Source of the DNA: a virus
Taxonomy: Duplodnaviria > Caudoviricetes
Virus record (IMG/VR): IMGVR_UViG_2816332137_000001
Location: 3,602 to 67,601 of that record
Direction: 5' to 3' (one strand)
Length of the DNA stretch: 64,000 nt
Position numbers and translations under genes: made by a program
Shown: piece after piece, positions 1 through 9,258 of the stretch
How the letters are laid out: each line of letters begins with the position of its first letter
Position numbering within the stretch: position 1 is the first letter of the stretch
The notes under the pieces: generated by a model
Told to the model about the DNA's origin: nothing
What the model saw: only the letters and a program-made list of their open reading frames with translations
Databases searched by the model: none

Positions 1-306
1 ATTGTCGTAGTTAGCATGGTCAAATTTTTCTATAATTTTTCTTTTATCAGTATATTGATTTGATAATAATTCTAAATTTTTAGGAACTTCAACTTTATTT
101 ATTGGTTTTAATTTAATGATTGTATCTATAAAATCTTGATTATAGTCGTTAATATCATCAGGATCAATATAGCCATAATTTGGATTTGTTTTGCGACTCA
201 TTAAAAAATCGCTACCAGCAACCGAAGAATGGTTGCCTGTCATCATCAAATCCAGAGCTGTATATAATTCATTTAAATTATTTTTTCTTGATGTTTTCTT
301 AGCCAT
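1..306 (-). CDS. Hypothetical protein, 3'-truncated by the window edge (MAKKTSRKNNL...)
   Basis: Hand-translated open frame from ATG at 306 to the window edge; GGAGG RBS upstream. Confidence 0.7.
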   Translation of the reverse strand, partial: MAKKTSRKNNLNELYTALDLMMTGNHSSVAGSDFLMSRKTNPNYGYIDPDDINDYNQDFIDTIIKLKPINKVEVPKNLELLSNQYTDKRKIIEKFDHANYDN

Positions 307-357
307 AAAAAAAGCCTCCCTATAAGAAAGGGAAACTTACATATATTTAAATTAATT

Positions 358-522
358 TCAATCTTTTCTCCTATCATATTTTTTACAATAATCCATAGCC
401 ATTTCAACATGCTCAAACATATTATTGTACAATTTTTTATCTATTTCCTCGTTTTTTATGCCTTCATTTAAGGTATCAAATACTACTTTATAGCCAGACT
501 TATATTCTTTTTTTGCTTCCAT
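358..522 (-). CDS. Small hypothetical protein, 54 aa (MEAKKEYKSG...), missing from the ORF track
   Basis: Hand translation; GAGGTG RBS upstream; co-oriented with the operon. Confidence 0.6.
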   Translation of the reverse strand: MEAKKEYKSGYKVVFDTLNEGIKNEEIDKKLYNNMFEHVEMAMDYCKKYDRRKD

Positions 523-539
523 AAAACACCTCATTTTAA

Positions 540-932
540 TTATCTGTCGCCATAATTTTCATAATATTCTATCATATCAAAATTTTCTATCTCTCTATTC
601 ATTAAATCAAGATCAATTAGATTGAGTTTATTGATTATATAATCACTAATTTGGTCTCTTGTTTGATATTTCATTTTAGTGTTTAATTTATCAAATATGA
701 TTTTATATTTATTAATTATTTTTTTAATAATTATGGCAATTTTGTCATCCCAAACAATATACCCTTTATCGTTGAATTTGCTTATTTGATAAGATTTATT
801 AGTTAATTCCCAATTTTTAGGCTCGCCTTTTAAATACCCTTCTTTATATAAAAATAAGTTTATTATAAAGCTTTCATATTTGATATTATTCTCATTCAAA
901 TGTTTGCTTAATGATTTCATTTTATACCCCAT
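540..932 (-). CDS. Hypothetical protein
   Basis: ORF in leftward early operon. Confidence 0.6.
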   Translation of the reverse strand: MGYKMKSLSKHLNENNIKYESFIINLFLYKEGYLKGEPKNWELTNKSYQISKFNDKGYIVWDDKIAIIIKKIINKYKIIFDKLNTKMKYQTRDQISDYIINKLNLIDLDLMNREIENFDMIEYYENYGDR

Positions 933-960
933 ATTAGCGCATATTAATGAGCATTTTTTA

Positions 961-1344
961 TTAGTCCTCAGATAAATCTTTTAAAATAAAAAAATTATAA
1001 CCATCAAATTTTAAAACTGCTGTTATCTCTTTTGCTTTCATTTCATCAACAACACAATAAAATACAAAATGTGAATAGCCATTTTTAACTGCTTTATTCA
1101 TCATAAACCCTGCCATGAAAAGAATATCCCAAGCTCTACCTTTTATATCATTTAACATTTTTTTTGCGCATTCAGTTAGATTTATGTAATTTTCATAAAC
1201 ATATTTTGAGCAATACACGGGGACACTAATTCCTAATTCGCATACTTCATTTTTAAATTCTCTTGATAAATTAAAAAGACATCCATCTTCAACGGCATTC
1301 TCAATTGTGTACTCAAAAATAACTTTAGCATTTTGATTTGACAT
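961..1344 (-). CDS. DUF6573-like phage/plasmid protein
   Basis: YT...A.EDG.L...PV.....GR.WD.L pattern recognised; AGGA RBS. Confidence 0.55.
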   Translation of the reverse strand: MSNQNAKVIFEYTIENAVEDGCLFNLSREFKNEVCELGISVPVYCSKYVYENYINLTECAKKMLNDIKGRAWDILFMAGFMMNKAVKNGYSHFVFYCVVDEMKAKEITAVLKFDGYNFFILKDLSED

Positions 1345-1397
1345 TATATTATTCCTTTAGTTTTAAACTTATTATTGTTAGCCGCAATTTATGCGGA

Positions 1398-1778
1398 TTA
1401 TAGGATATTCTTAGAATTTTCCCAATATTCTTTTTTTCTTAGAGCTTTATTATATAACGAATATAATGTTTTATAAATTCTTGGGTTTTCATCCGAGTTA
1501 TATTCAAACATACGTAATTCTTTTAAGAATCTATCAATTAAATCAGGTTTTAAATATTGTTTGTAACCATTCCCTGAATTTAATGAAATCAATTCTTTAT
1601 TAAGCTCTTCTATATGAATACTCATGTTTTCATTATATCTTTCTGAATAAGCGCTCCAGTTGCTTTCTGCTAATTGATTAACTAACTTAATGCAAGGCAA
1701 TCTAAATTCATCATCATCCTGAATTAGTAATGCTGTTGCAGTAAAGTAAAAACTCATATTAAATGCTATCACGCTCAT
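1398..1778 (-). CDS. Hypothetical protein
   Basis: ORF with AAGGA RBS in leftward operon. Confidence 0.6.
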   Translation of the reverse strand: MSVIAFNMSFYFTATALLIQDDDEFRLPCIKLVNQLAESNWSAYSERYNENMSIHIEELNKELISLNSGNGYKQYLKPDLIDRFLKELRMFEYNSDENPRIYKTLYSLYNKALRKKEYWENSKNIL

Positions 1779-1823
1779 GATGTATCCTTTTTATATTTTA
1801 GAAGTGTATTTATTTGCCGCTAT

Positions 1824-2225
1824 TTATGCGGCTTTTTGAGCGCCTTGAACTGAATTAAAAAGCTTTTCTCTTAATTCTAAATCAAACAAATCATCAATAT
1901 TATAAAAGTCAAAAACTTGATCGCCGCAGTGAAAATGTAGTTCATTTTCAAAATCGCTTGATTCGTCATAAACAACAACATCAATTTTAAATTTACCAAT
2001 GAAGTCTACAGCTACCTCGTCATTAGAATCATAAATCTCATTAAATAAATGAATATATTTTAGTTCTTTAGATAAAAAGATTAATTGTTCAAGACCATCA
2101 TTTTTATCAATGTAAGCAGCTTCTGAATATATATAGTCATTTGGTGAAATATTAATTTCTTTCGAGGATAATTTACAAGCTAAATCAAAAAAACTTGGGT
2201 AAGATAAATATCTTTGGTATTTCAT
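1824..2225 (-). CDS. Hypothetical acidic protein, first gene of leftward early operon
   Basis: ORF preceded by the conserved TTCCC-N3-GGGAG motif. Confidence 0.7.
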   Translation of the reverse strand: MKYQRYLSYPSFFDLACKLSSKEINISPNDYIYSEAAYIDKNDGLEQLIFLSKELKYIHLFNEIYDSNDEVAVDFIGKFKIDVVVYDESSDFENELHFHCGDQVFDFYNIDDLFDLELREKLFNSVQGAQKAA

Positions 2226-2227
2226 TT

Positions 2228-2437
2228 TCGATACTCCCTATGGGAATGAGTTAATTGTGAGTCGTTTTGTCTCACAATTAATTGTTTACACCTGTTAAAA
2301 AAATTTGTCAATTTAATTTTGAAATTTTTTTAACAATTAATTTTCTAATTTTATTTGACAAAATTTTAATTACATGTAAATATTTATTTGTGGAACGATA
2401 GGCGTCCATAAATAAACTTTCCCATAGGGAGAACCGA
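2228..2437. promoter_or_regulatory. Divergent early control region: back-to-back TTGACA elements and two copies of the 19-bp RBS motif
   Basis: TTGACA at 2355-2360 (+) and 2306-2311 (-); motif copies at 2228-2246 (-) and 2419-2437 (+); 11-bp inverted repeat at 2251-2281. Confidence 0.7.
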
Positions 2438-2438
2438 T

Positions 2439-2828
2439 ATGACAAAGTCATTAAATATTTTACCATTTCAAAAGATAAATTTATTAAAACTAAACCCAAA
2501 AGATGAAGTTTTGCTTTCTGACGGCCAAATAAGAAAAGTTAAAAAAGTTGAGTTTGATACAATTAAAAATAAAACATTTTTAGATATAACATTTGATAAA
2601 AAAGTAACTGGTTATATTAATTCTAAATTAAAATCTAATAATCAATTATACTATTCAAATGGCAATCATATTGAAGAAGAAAATGGTAGTTGTATAAATA
2701 TAATTGGTATAATCAAAAGAAAGAATCCAATCAAACTCACTGATAAATATTCAAACTACACTAGGGAAGATTTAATTTATCAATTAGATAATCTAATACA
2801 ATGCCAAAGAAAATTAGTAAATCAATAA
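2439..2828 (+). CDS. Hypothetical protein, first gene of rightward early operon
   Basis: ORF with GGGAG RBS. Confidence 0.7.
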   Translation: MTKSLNILPFQKINLLKLNPKDEVLLSDGQIRKVKKVEFDTIKNKTFLDITFDKKVTGYINSKLKSNNQLYYSNGNHIEEENGSCINIIGIIKRKNPIKLTDKYSNYTREDLIYQLDNLIQCQRKLVNQ

Positions 2829-2834
2829 TATATT

Positions 2835-3080
2835 TTGAGGTATTTTAATATGAAAATTTCCGAGATAATAGAGCTTTTAGAGATAATAAAAGAAGAGCAC
2901 GGGAATAAAGAATTTTGGATATTTAATGATACTTTTGGCGACCACAAAGTTTATTCTATTAAGGTTGGCCAAAACAAATTAAATAAAACTGTCGCATATT
3001 TTGACCACGATGATAAAGAAGATGCGAAAGATATTGAGTATACATTGACAGATTTAAACACAACAAAGAAAGCGAGTTAA
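2835..3080 (+). CDS. Hypothetical protein
   Basis: ORF in operon. Confidence 0.6.
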   Translation: MRYFNMKISEIIELLEIIKEEHGNKEFWIFNDTFGDHKVYSIKVGQNKLNKTVAYFDHDDKEDAKDIEYTLTDLNTTKKAS

Positions 3081-3083
3081 AAT

Positions 3084-3380
3084 ATGAATTGTTCAGAATG
3101 CAATAACTCAGGACATGTTGAAGTTTTTACTTGCTGCAAAGGTTTCGATGACTTGCTTAATAAAGAATGTTGTGGAATGCCTTATTTTGCTGAAGAATTT
3201 TGTAAATGCGGAATAATAAAACTGTATCAAATAACATATATCCATAACAATGATGAAGAAGAATCAGAAATTTATATCAATGCTAAGTCAGAAAAAGAAG
3301 CAAAGAAAATTTATTATTCAAAGGTTGAGAATGATGAATTGCCAGAGGATTCTAGTTTTTCAAGTATATCTGAAATTTAA
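3084..3380 (+). CDS. Cys-rich (putative Zn-binding) hypothetical protein
   Basis: CxxC plus several further Cys in the N-terminal half. Confidence 0.6.
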   Translation: MNCSECNNSGHVEVFTCCKGFDDLLNKECCGMPYFAEEFCKCGIIKLYQITYIHNNDEEESEIYINAKSEKEAKKIYYSKVENDELPEDSSFSSISEI

Positions 3381-3397
3381 TCAAAGAAAGCGATAAT

Positions 3398-4108
3398 ATG
3401 ACTAAAGAGCTTATAAATTTCAAAGAATATTTTAATGAACATATTCTAAAAATTGACACAGAAAATGAAATAATTAAATCATTTTTTTGCGCACGAAAAA
3501 ACAATTCTGCCTACTGGTTTAGGGTTATTTTTGCTCCATATCACATAACAATTTATGGAGATATCGGTAATTTAGCTTTTCATGTTTCCGACTATGACTC
3601 ATTAAAATGGTTATTATCTACCGATAAAAAGCATATTCAATATTTGATGAGTAAAGTTCCTTCTGAATTTAAATCAGCAGTGTTTGAGTTTTCGCATGAA
3701 AAAGCATTGTCTTTTCTTGATGAGCAAGAAAATGATTTAAAAAAATCTATACAAGACAAAAAAGAATCAGACGAGGATATGGATTTTTATGATGATAATT
3801 CTTTTTTTGTAAAGGAAAATATAGTCATAAAAGAATGTGAAGACAAAATTAATAAAATACTATCTCTAAAAGATGATTTACCAGATATTAGCGAAGAAGA
3901 ATTTTATCAAAGACTTGTTGTTGATTTAGATGAAAGTGATTTAGAAACTTCTAGTTTTAAAGACTATACAAGCCATTGTTATTTTATTGCTGCCGCTTTA
4001 TTTAAGTTTTGCAAATTATATAAAGAATATAAAGAAATAAATTTAGACCATGATAAAAATATTTATATGAATACTCAAGTAATAGTCAACTCTAATAACA
4101 ATTATTGA
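3398..4108 (+). CDS. Conserved phage hypothetical protein
   Basis: F..H.L...YWF....P..I.I.GD.G pattern typical of a phage early-gene family. Confidence 0.6.
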   Translation: MTKELINFKEYFNEHILKIDTENEIIKSFFCARKNNSAYWFRVIFAPYHITIYGDIGNLAFHVSDYDSLKWLLSTDKKHIQYLMSKVPSEFKSAVFEFSHEKALSFLDEQENDLKKSIQDKKESDEDMDFYDDNSFFVKENIVIKECEDKINKILSLKDDLPDISEEEFYQRLVVDLDESDLETSSFKDYTSHCYFIAAALFKFCKLYKEYKEINLDHDKNIYMNTQVIVNSNNNY

Positions 4109-4115
4109 GGTTTAA

Positions 4116-4493
4116 ATGAAAGCTTATATCAATAAAAATACTCATTACAAATGTGACTACGATTTAAAATATCCATGGCCTGATCATACGGTTTTAAAAC
4201 CTATGTATGATACTGATGAAAATAATAACAAAATAAATTTTTGTTTTGATCTTTATATTAAGAAACCTGAAACTATTATATTTACAGAAGGTGAAAGTTT
4301 TGAACAATGCGAAGATTTTGCTTGGAATAAATATAATGACTTTATAAATTGTTCTCTGCATGATTATGAATTAATAAATAAAAACCTCTTTCCAACTTCT
4401 TCTTGGGTTTTTGTATGCAACAAATGCGGACACATGAATTTAGGTGACAAAGCTTTATTAATCAAAAATAAATTAGCGGATACAGCTTTTTAA
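4116..4493 (+). CDS. Zn-ribbon hypothetical protein, distant paralog of 6522 and 7115
   Basis: Shared WP...F..Y.K.P...E..E..A..K...NC..H..E...C..C layout. Confidence 0.65.
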   Translation: MKAYINKNTHYKCDYDLKYPWPDHTVLKPMYDTDENNNKINFCFDLYIKKPETIIFTEGESFEQCEDFAWNKYNDFINCSLHDYELINKNLFPTSSWVFVCNKCGHMNLGDKALLIKNKLADTAF

Positions 4494-4505
4494 AGGTAAA
4501 TATTT

Positions 4506-5222
4506 ATGAATAAAATTTTAATTCTTGACACTGAGACAACTGGTTTAGATCCAAAAAAAGACTCCATAATTGAAGTAGCTGCAATTCTTGTTGATTTAAA
4601 TCATAAAAGAATTGAATGCCAAAGATCAGGGTTAATTTATGCGCTGACAAATGAGGACTCAGAAAAAATAACGGGAATTACTCAATTAATGTTAGATGGA
4701 GTTAAGAACGCTTTTGATGATCCATTTAATTCTATTAAAATAATGGCTGAACAAAGTATTTGCATTGTCGCTCACAATGCAGAATTTGATAAAGCTTTTG
4801 TGGAAGCTAAGGGGATTGTTTTGAGTGGCATAAATAATCTACCTTTAGCGTGGATTTGTTCATATCGCGACATAAATTATGACATTCAAACTGAAAATAA
4901 AAAACTAAGCACGCTTGCAGAGGCTTATAGCGTCGATTCTGGCGGCGCTCATCGTGCGTTATCAGATGTTACGATGCTCGCTCAAATATTATTTAAAGTA
5001 CCAAATATTGAATCGCAAATTATTAGTGCAATCGAAAACAAAAAAAAGCCAGAAGTTAAAATAATTTCATTAGCTCCGTTTGATATGAAAGAGGATGTAA
5101 AAAAAGCTGGTTTTCGTTGGAACCCTCAAGATAAAACTTGGTGGAAGAATATTCGAGCTGCTAATGAGAATGAAATAAATAATATAATTAGCTCATTTGG
5201 ATTTGATGTCAAAATAGCTTAA
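4506..5222 (+). CDS. DEDDh 3'-5' exonuclease (DnaQ-like) with C-terminal DUF5710-like domain
   Basis: DTETTG (ExoI), HNAEFD (ExoII), HRALSD (ExoIII); C-terminal K..GFRW.P..K.W. Confidence 0.9.
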   Translation: MNKILILDTETTGLDPKKDSIIEVAAILVDLNHKRIECQRSGLIYALTNEDSEKITGITQLMLDGVKNAFDDPFNSIKIMAEQSICIVAHNAEFDKAFVEAKGIVLSGINNLPLAWICSYRDINYDIQTENKKLSTLAEAYSVDSGGAHRALSDVTMLAQILFKVPNIESQIISAIENKKKPEVKIISLAPFDMKEDVKKAGFRWNPQDKTWWKNIRAANENEINNIISSFGFDVKIA

Positions 5223-5276
5223 TAAAATTAAGATGTTTTCATTTATAACTGAGACATGATTTTATTATAACTAGGA

Positions 5277-5714
5277 ATGAAAATGATTTTGAAGAAAAAA
5301 AACCGCAAAATAAAAGAACTAACGGAACATCAAATGCTTTCTATGAGTAGTGAAGAGTGGCGTGCGTATAAAAAAAGACAATACCGTGCCAACAGAACAC
5401 CAGAAGAAAGAGAAAAAGAGCTAGCTAAGCGTAGGGTTAATAGACCTAAATTAAAATCTGGCAAAAAAGCTCCTGCTTGGTTTGTAGAGTTATTAAAGCT
5501 TCCAAAGGGAAAATATTTAGCCAAAGATATTGCTGATAAATTAGGAATTTCAGATAGAAATTTAAAAATTGTTTTGCGTAAGAGAGGAATAGAACCAGCA
5601 GGAACGGAATTGATTGAGGGTTATTATTTTGCGTATTATTTAACTTCTCAATTTAAAGAACTTCCTAAAGAAGATATTGAGGAAGCAAAAAACAAATTAA
5701 AGGAAGAAAAATAA
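5277..5714 (+). CDS. Putative HTH DNA-binding protein
   Basis: Basic N-terminus; YLAKDIADKLGISDRNL HTH-like segment. Confidence 0.6.
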   Translation: MKMILKKKNRKIKELTEHQMLSMSSEEWRAYKKRQYRANRTPEEREKELAKRRVNRPKLKSGKKAPAWFVELLKLPKGKYLAKDIADKLGISDRNLKIVLRKRGIEPAGTELIEGYYFAYYLTSQFKELPKEDIEEAKNKLKEEK

Positions 5715-6280
5715 TGAAATTCAGGGCAATAAATTTAGAAGGTGATTATGATATAAAAACTGATTGTTCATCAGGGTTAGATGCAGTTAAATCATTAATA
5801 CAAAATATTGACGACAATTATAGTCATGATGATTTTTATGATGATGGTTATTTTTATTATTATGTTAAAAATATTGAATCCAAAAAAGTTAAAAAATATA
5901 ATCATATTAGAAAAATTGAAGTCACATCAGAAGCAGAAGAACAAGAATTAACAGAATCAGATATTAATTTTATGACTGAAAATTTTAAAAATCAAAATCC
6001 CATAAATAAATTCCTTATCATGTCGGATGATGATGCTAAATTTAATTTTGATAACGCATTTGAATCAGAAAACTTTGATACAGCAGCAAAAGATTTTGCG
6101 GATTCTTTTAATGAAAGAGATGTATTATCAGACGAAGAATTAGACTTTATGGTCATAAATTTGTTAACAAATGAATATAAATCTTATCATCTTTGGGTTA
6201 ATGTAAAAGTTGATGATATAATTAATGAAGTAGAAATAACTGAAAATGATAAAGAAGATATCAACAGGTATTTAAATTAG
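5714..6280 (+). CDS. Highly acidic two-repeat hypothetical protein
   Basis: D/E-rich; two similar halves visible. Confidence 0.6.
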   Translation: MKFRAINLEGDYDIKTDCSSGLDAVKSLIQNIDDNYSHDDFYDDGYFYYYVKNIESKKVKKYNHIRKIEVTSEAEEQELTESDINFMTENFKNQNPINKFLIMSDDDAKFNFDNAFESENFDTAAKDFADSFNERDVLSDEELDFMVINLLTNEYKSYHLWVNVKVDDIINEVEITENDKEDINRYLN

Positions 6281-6288
6281 GAGTATAT

Positions 6289-6525
6289 ATGACTAACTTA
6301 GTACAACTTGATTTATTTGGATTGTCTGCAATAGTAAAAAAAGTGATTGAGAAAGTTACTTATGAAACAAGATATTTTGTTGAACTTATAGATGGTATTT
6401 ACCACTGCTTTGTTCAGAGAAGAAAAGGCAGAGCTAAATGGTCAAAGAAAAACGTAATTGAAAAATCTAAAAAACAAATATTTTTGACTTACGCAGATAG
6501 TGATTTGGGTTTAAGGTTAATATGA
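6289..6525 (+). CDS. Hypothetical protein
   Basis: GGAG RBS; overlaps the next start. Confidence 0.6.
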   Translation: MTNLVQLDLFGLSAIVKKVIEKVTYETRYFVELIDGIYHCFVQRRKGRAKWSKKNVIEKSKKQIFLTYADSDLGLRLI

Positions 6526-7118
6526 AAGCAAAAATCGCTTATAATTATTATTTTGATTATGAATCAAAAATAGACACTTGGCCAGAAGGAACTTCTATTG
6601 TTCCACATGAAGATCATAAAACAAGTATTTATGATAAAGAAAAAGATGATTATATAATTAATGATTACTATTTTGAAATATATTCAAAAAATCCGGATTC
6701 TTATTTTTGCAGCCCTTCAGCTAAAACATTAGAAGAAGCGGAGAAACTTGGATACAAAAAATTTCAAGAATATGTTAACTGCATTGAGCATGAATTTGAA
6801 CGCAGAAATTATACAACTGGCGTAGGTTATTGCAAACATTGTAATCTATTTAAATCTGAAGCTTTTTTGCCTTCTACTTTATGCATTATTTGCAAACAAC
6901 CTACAAATTTTTGCTATGACAGCATTAAGAACTATTACTGTGAAGATCATGCATTTGAAAATAAAGATGAAAAGTATTTAAATGAAAAAAAAGAATTAGA
7001 GTTATTTAAAGAGAAAATGAAAAAAATAAAAGAAAGCAAATTTGAAAGGGAAAAATTTAAAGAAAGCTTAAAAAATGTAATGCATGCTATAGCTGATAGT
7101 GTGAGTATAGAAAAATGA
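6522..7118 (+). CDS. Multi-Cys/His Zn-binding hypothetical protein (tandem paralog 1)
   Basis: C..HEFER...G.G.C..C, C..C...T..C...YC..H; aligns with 7115. Confidence 0.75.
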   Translation: MKAKIAYNYYFDYESKIDTWPEGTSIVPHEDHKTSIYDKEKDDYIINDYYFEIYSKNPDSYFCSPSAKTLEEAEKLGYKKFQEYVNCIEHEFERRNYTTGVGYCKHCNLFKSEAFLPSTLCIICKQPTNFCYDSIKNYYCEDHAFENKDEKYLNEKKELELFKEKMKKIKESKFEREKFKESLKNVMHAIADSVSIEK

Positions 7119-7684
7119 GCGCATTCATTTTTGACAATCATTACCGCTATTCATCTAAAATTAGTTCATGGCCTAATGGAACATTTTTAATACCTCAAAG
7201 TACAGAAAAATACGACAAAGAATTAGATAAATACTCGTTCGATAAATATTATTTAGAAGTGTATTCCAAAAATCCTGATTCTTACTTTATAAGTCCCCAT
7301 GAAAAAACATTAGAAAAAGCAGAAAGAAAAGCTTATAAGATATTCTTAAATTATTTGAATTGTAAAAATCATGAATTTGAACGTCAAGATTATTTTAGAG
7401 GTACTGGAATTTGTCGTAAATGCAATTTATTTTCTTTTCATGCTTTCACTCCTCTTTTTAGATGTGAAATTTGTAATATTCCTACAGATTATTGCCATGA
7501 TGATTATTATAAATTTTATTGCGAGGAACATAAAGATCTTAATAAATCACAATACTTTGCAATCCTTCAAAACAATATTTTAAGATCGAAAAGATGTTAT
7601 GAGAGAATTGCTAAACTAAATAATGAAAATAATTTTGAACAAATTCGTTATATGGTTGAGAGAATATATTTCAACAAAAGATAA
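7115..7684 (+). CDS. Multi-Cys/His Zn-binding hypothetical protein (tandem paralog 2)
   Basis: Shares YSKNPDSYF, HEFER and YCE.H with 6522. Confidence 0.75.
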   Translation: MSAFIFDNHYRYSSKISSWPNGTFLIPQSTEKYDKELDKYSFDKYYLEVYSKNPDSYFISPHEKTLEKAERKAYKIFLNYLNCKNHEFERQDYFRGTGICRKCNLFSFHAFTPLFRCEICNIPTDYCHDDYYKFYCEEHKDLNKSQYFAILQNNILRSKRCYERIAKLNNENNFEQIRYMVERIYFNKR

Positions 7685-7708
7685 TTTTTTATAGAATGGT
7701 GAAACTGA

Positions 7709-7870
7709 TTAATAATTGTGTCGAGGAAAATAAGGCGGATCTTTAGGAAGATCATAAATCGTACAAAGATTTGGACTTATCCACCTCCATTTACAAGGAT
7801 TATTTTTAAAGAATACCGTAGTTGCAAACATGCCTGATAAAATCAAAATCATTTTTATTTGTTTCTTCAT
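7709..7870 (-). CDS. Small 53-aa peptide with a signal/TM-like N-terminus and a Cys pair, missing from the ORF track
   Basis: Hand translation MKKQIKMILILSGMFATTVFFKNNPCKWRWISPNLCTIYDLPKDPPYFPRHNY; GAGG RBS. Confidence 0.5.
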   Translation of the reverse strand: MKKQIKMILILSGMFATTVFFKNNPCKWRWISPNLCTIYDLPKDPPYFPRHNY

Positions 7871-8014
7871 TTAGACCTCTATTAAATTTTAGAAATTTAT
7901 TTTTATAAGTATGGACATGTATTTAATAATTTATTATAAATAGTATGTCAATCAGTTTTTCAAAAAGTCAATATATAGTTTTGTTTCTTTACCTTAATTT
8001 GAAAGGGTATTTTA

Positions 8015-8422
8015 ATGGTTGTAAAAAAAGCCAGAAAAGCTTCTACCAAGAAGACCAGTGCAAGAAAATCTACTAGAAAAATAACTACAAAAAAAGCAGG
8101 AGCAAAGAAAAAGAAAGTAGCTGCTAAAAAGACCGTTAAGAAGAAAGTAACTAAAAGAAAAACAGCTAAAAAAACAACAAAGAAAGCAGTGAAAAAGAAG
8201 GTAGCAAAAAAAGCCGGAGGAAAGAAAAAAACAGCAAAACGTGGTCGCCCAAAGAAAGTAGGAGCAAAAACCGTAAAGAAACGTGGTCGTTCTAATAAGT
8301 CAGATAAGTTAAAAAAAATAAGAAGTAGGATTAATTTAGGAACAGATTCTAATACTCAACAAAACGTTTCTAAAGGAACTGATCCAAATAATCCTCAAAA
8401 TGTAAAAAATAAAAGAAAGTAA
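8015..8422 (+). CDS. Histone H1-like Lys/Ala/Thr-rich basic protein with AT-hook-like motifs
   Basis: KKT/KKA/AKK repeats; KRGRPKK and KRGRS motifs. Confidence 0.8.
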   Translation: MVVKKARKASTKKTSARKSTRKITTKKAGAKKKKVAAKKTVKKKVTKRKTAKKTTKKAVKKKVAKKAGGKKKTAKRGRPKKVGAKTVKKRGRSNKSDKLKKIRSRINLGTDSNTQQNVSKGTDPNNPQNVKNKRK

Positions 8423-8423
8423 T

Positions 8424-8915
8424 ATGAAAAATTGGATTAATTATCAAGGAATACAAAACAGATATGGAGCACAATCATCAAATTTAACAGAAGCACTTCG
8501 TTATTTTAGTTACTCATTTATTGCATCAATAATTATAAGTAGTAAGGAAGAATTTAAAATTGGTAGCAATATTTTGCTTTCTAATACTCAGATAAAAATA
8601 CTATTAATATGTTGTATAACTTTTATATTAATTGATATTTTTCAATATACCGTATCTTCATTGCTTAATTTTATATTAGCTAATATTATTCATATTGATA
8701 AAAAACTATATAAAAAAGATAGCTCAAGTCAATATAAAATATTTGACTATAAAAAAGAAAATGATGATACTGAGAAAATATTTGAATTAGATTGTATATC
8801 TGTTTTTATTTATGAGATATTTCTGCCAATTTTGTTTTTTTTAAAATTCATTATTTCTCTTATTATGATAATTAGTGCTCTTATTTTTTTAATTACTACT
8901 ATTAAATCAATTTAA
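8424..8915 (+). CDS. Membrane protein (about 3 TM segments)
   Basis: Hydrophobic segments. Confidence 0.6.
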   Translation: MKNWINYQGIQNRYGAQSSNLTEALRYFSYSFIASIIISSKEEFKIGSNILLSNTQIKILLICCITFILIDIFQYTVSSLLNFILANIIHIDKKLYKKDSSSQYKIFDYKKENDDTEKIFELDCISVFIYEIFLPILFFLKFIISLIMIISALIFLITTIKSI

Positions 8916-8933
8916 AATACTTTATTAACTAAC

Positions 8934-9257
8934 TTATTTAATCCCCAAAGTCTTCATTATAATCTGAGCAACAACCTTACTTTTAGTTAGTCCCGTTTGT
9001 TCAACTAAATTTTCAAGAGCTTCATTAACATCAGGTCTTAAATGAGTCATTACAGGTTCTAGGCGTGCTTTTTTTTGTTTCTTTTTTAGTTCTCTTAGTT
9101 CGTCAACAAAAGAATTTACGCTAGCAGAATTATTTTTTGGCTCTTCTGTTACGGTAGCGGAAGCTCCTACTATTTGGGGTTGTGGCTCATCTGTTGGTGT
9201 TGCTTTAATTTTAAGTGATTCTTGTAACCTTTTATTTGTTGATGGCGCGATGCTCAT
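8934..9257 (-). CDS. Putative ParA partner / centromere-binding protein (RHH-like C-terminus)
   Basis: Directly downstream of parA; flexible N-terminus then strand-helix-helix (MTHLRPDVNEALENLVEQTGLTKSKVV). Confidence 0.6.
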   Translation of the reverse strand: MSIAPSTNKRLQESLKIKATPTDEPQPQIVGASATVTEEPKNNSASVNSFVDELRELKKKQKKARLEPVMTHLRPDVNEALENLVEQTGLTKSKVVAQIIMKTLGIK

Positions 9258-9258
9258 T

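Noticed and set aside
6522-7684. Diversity-generating retroelement template/variable repeat pair
   Set aside because: No reverse transcriptase in the window, and divergence is spread throughout rather than adenine-specific.
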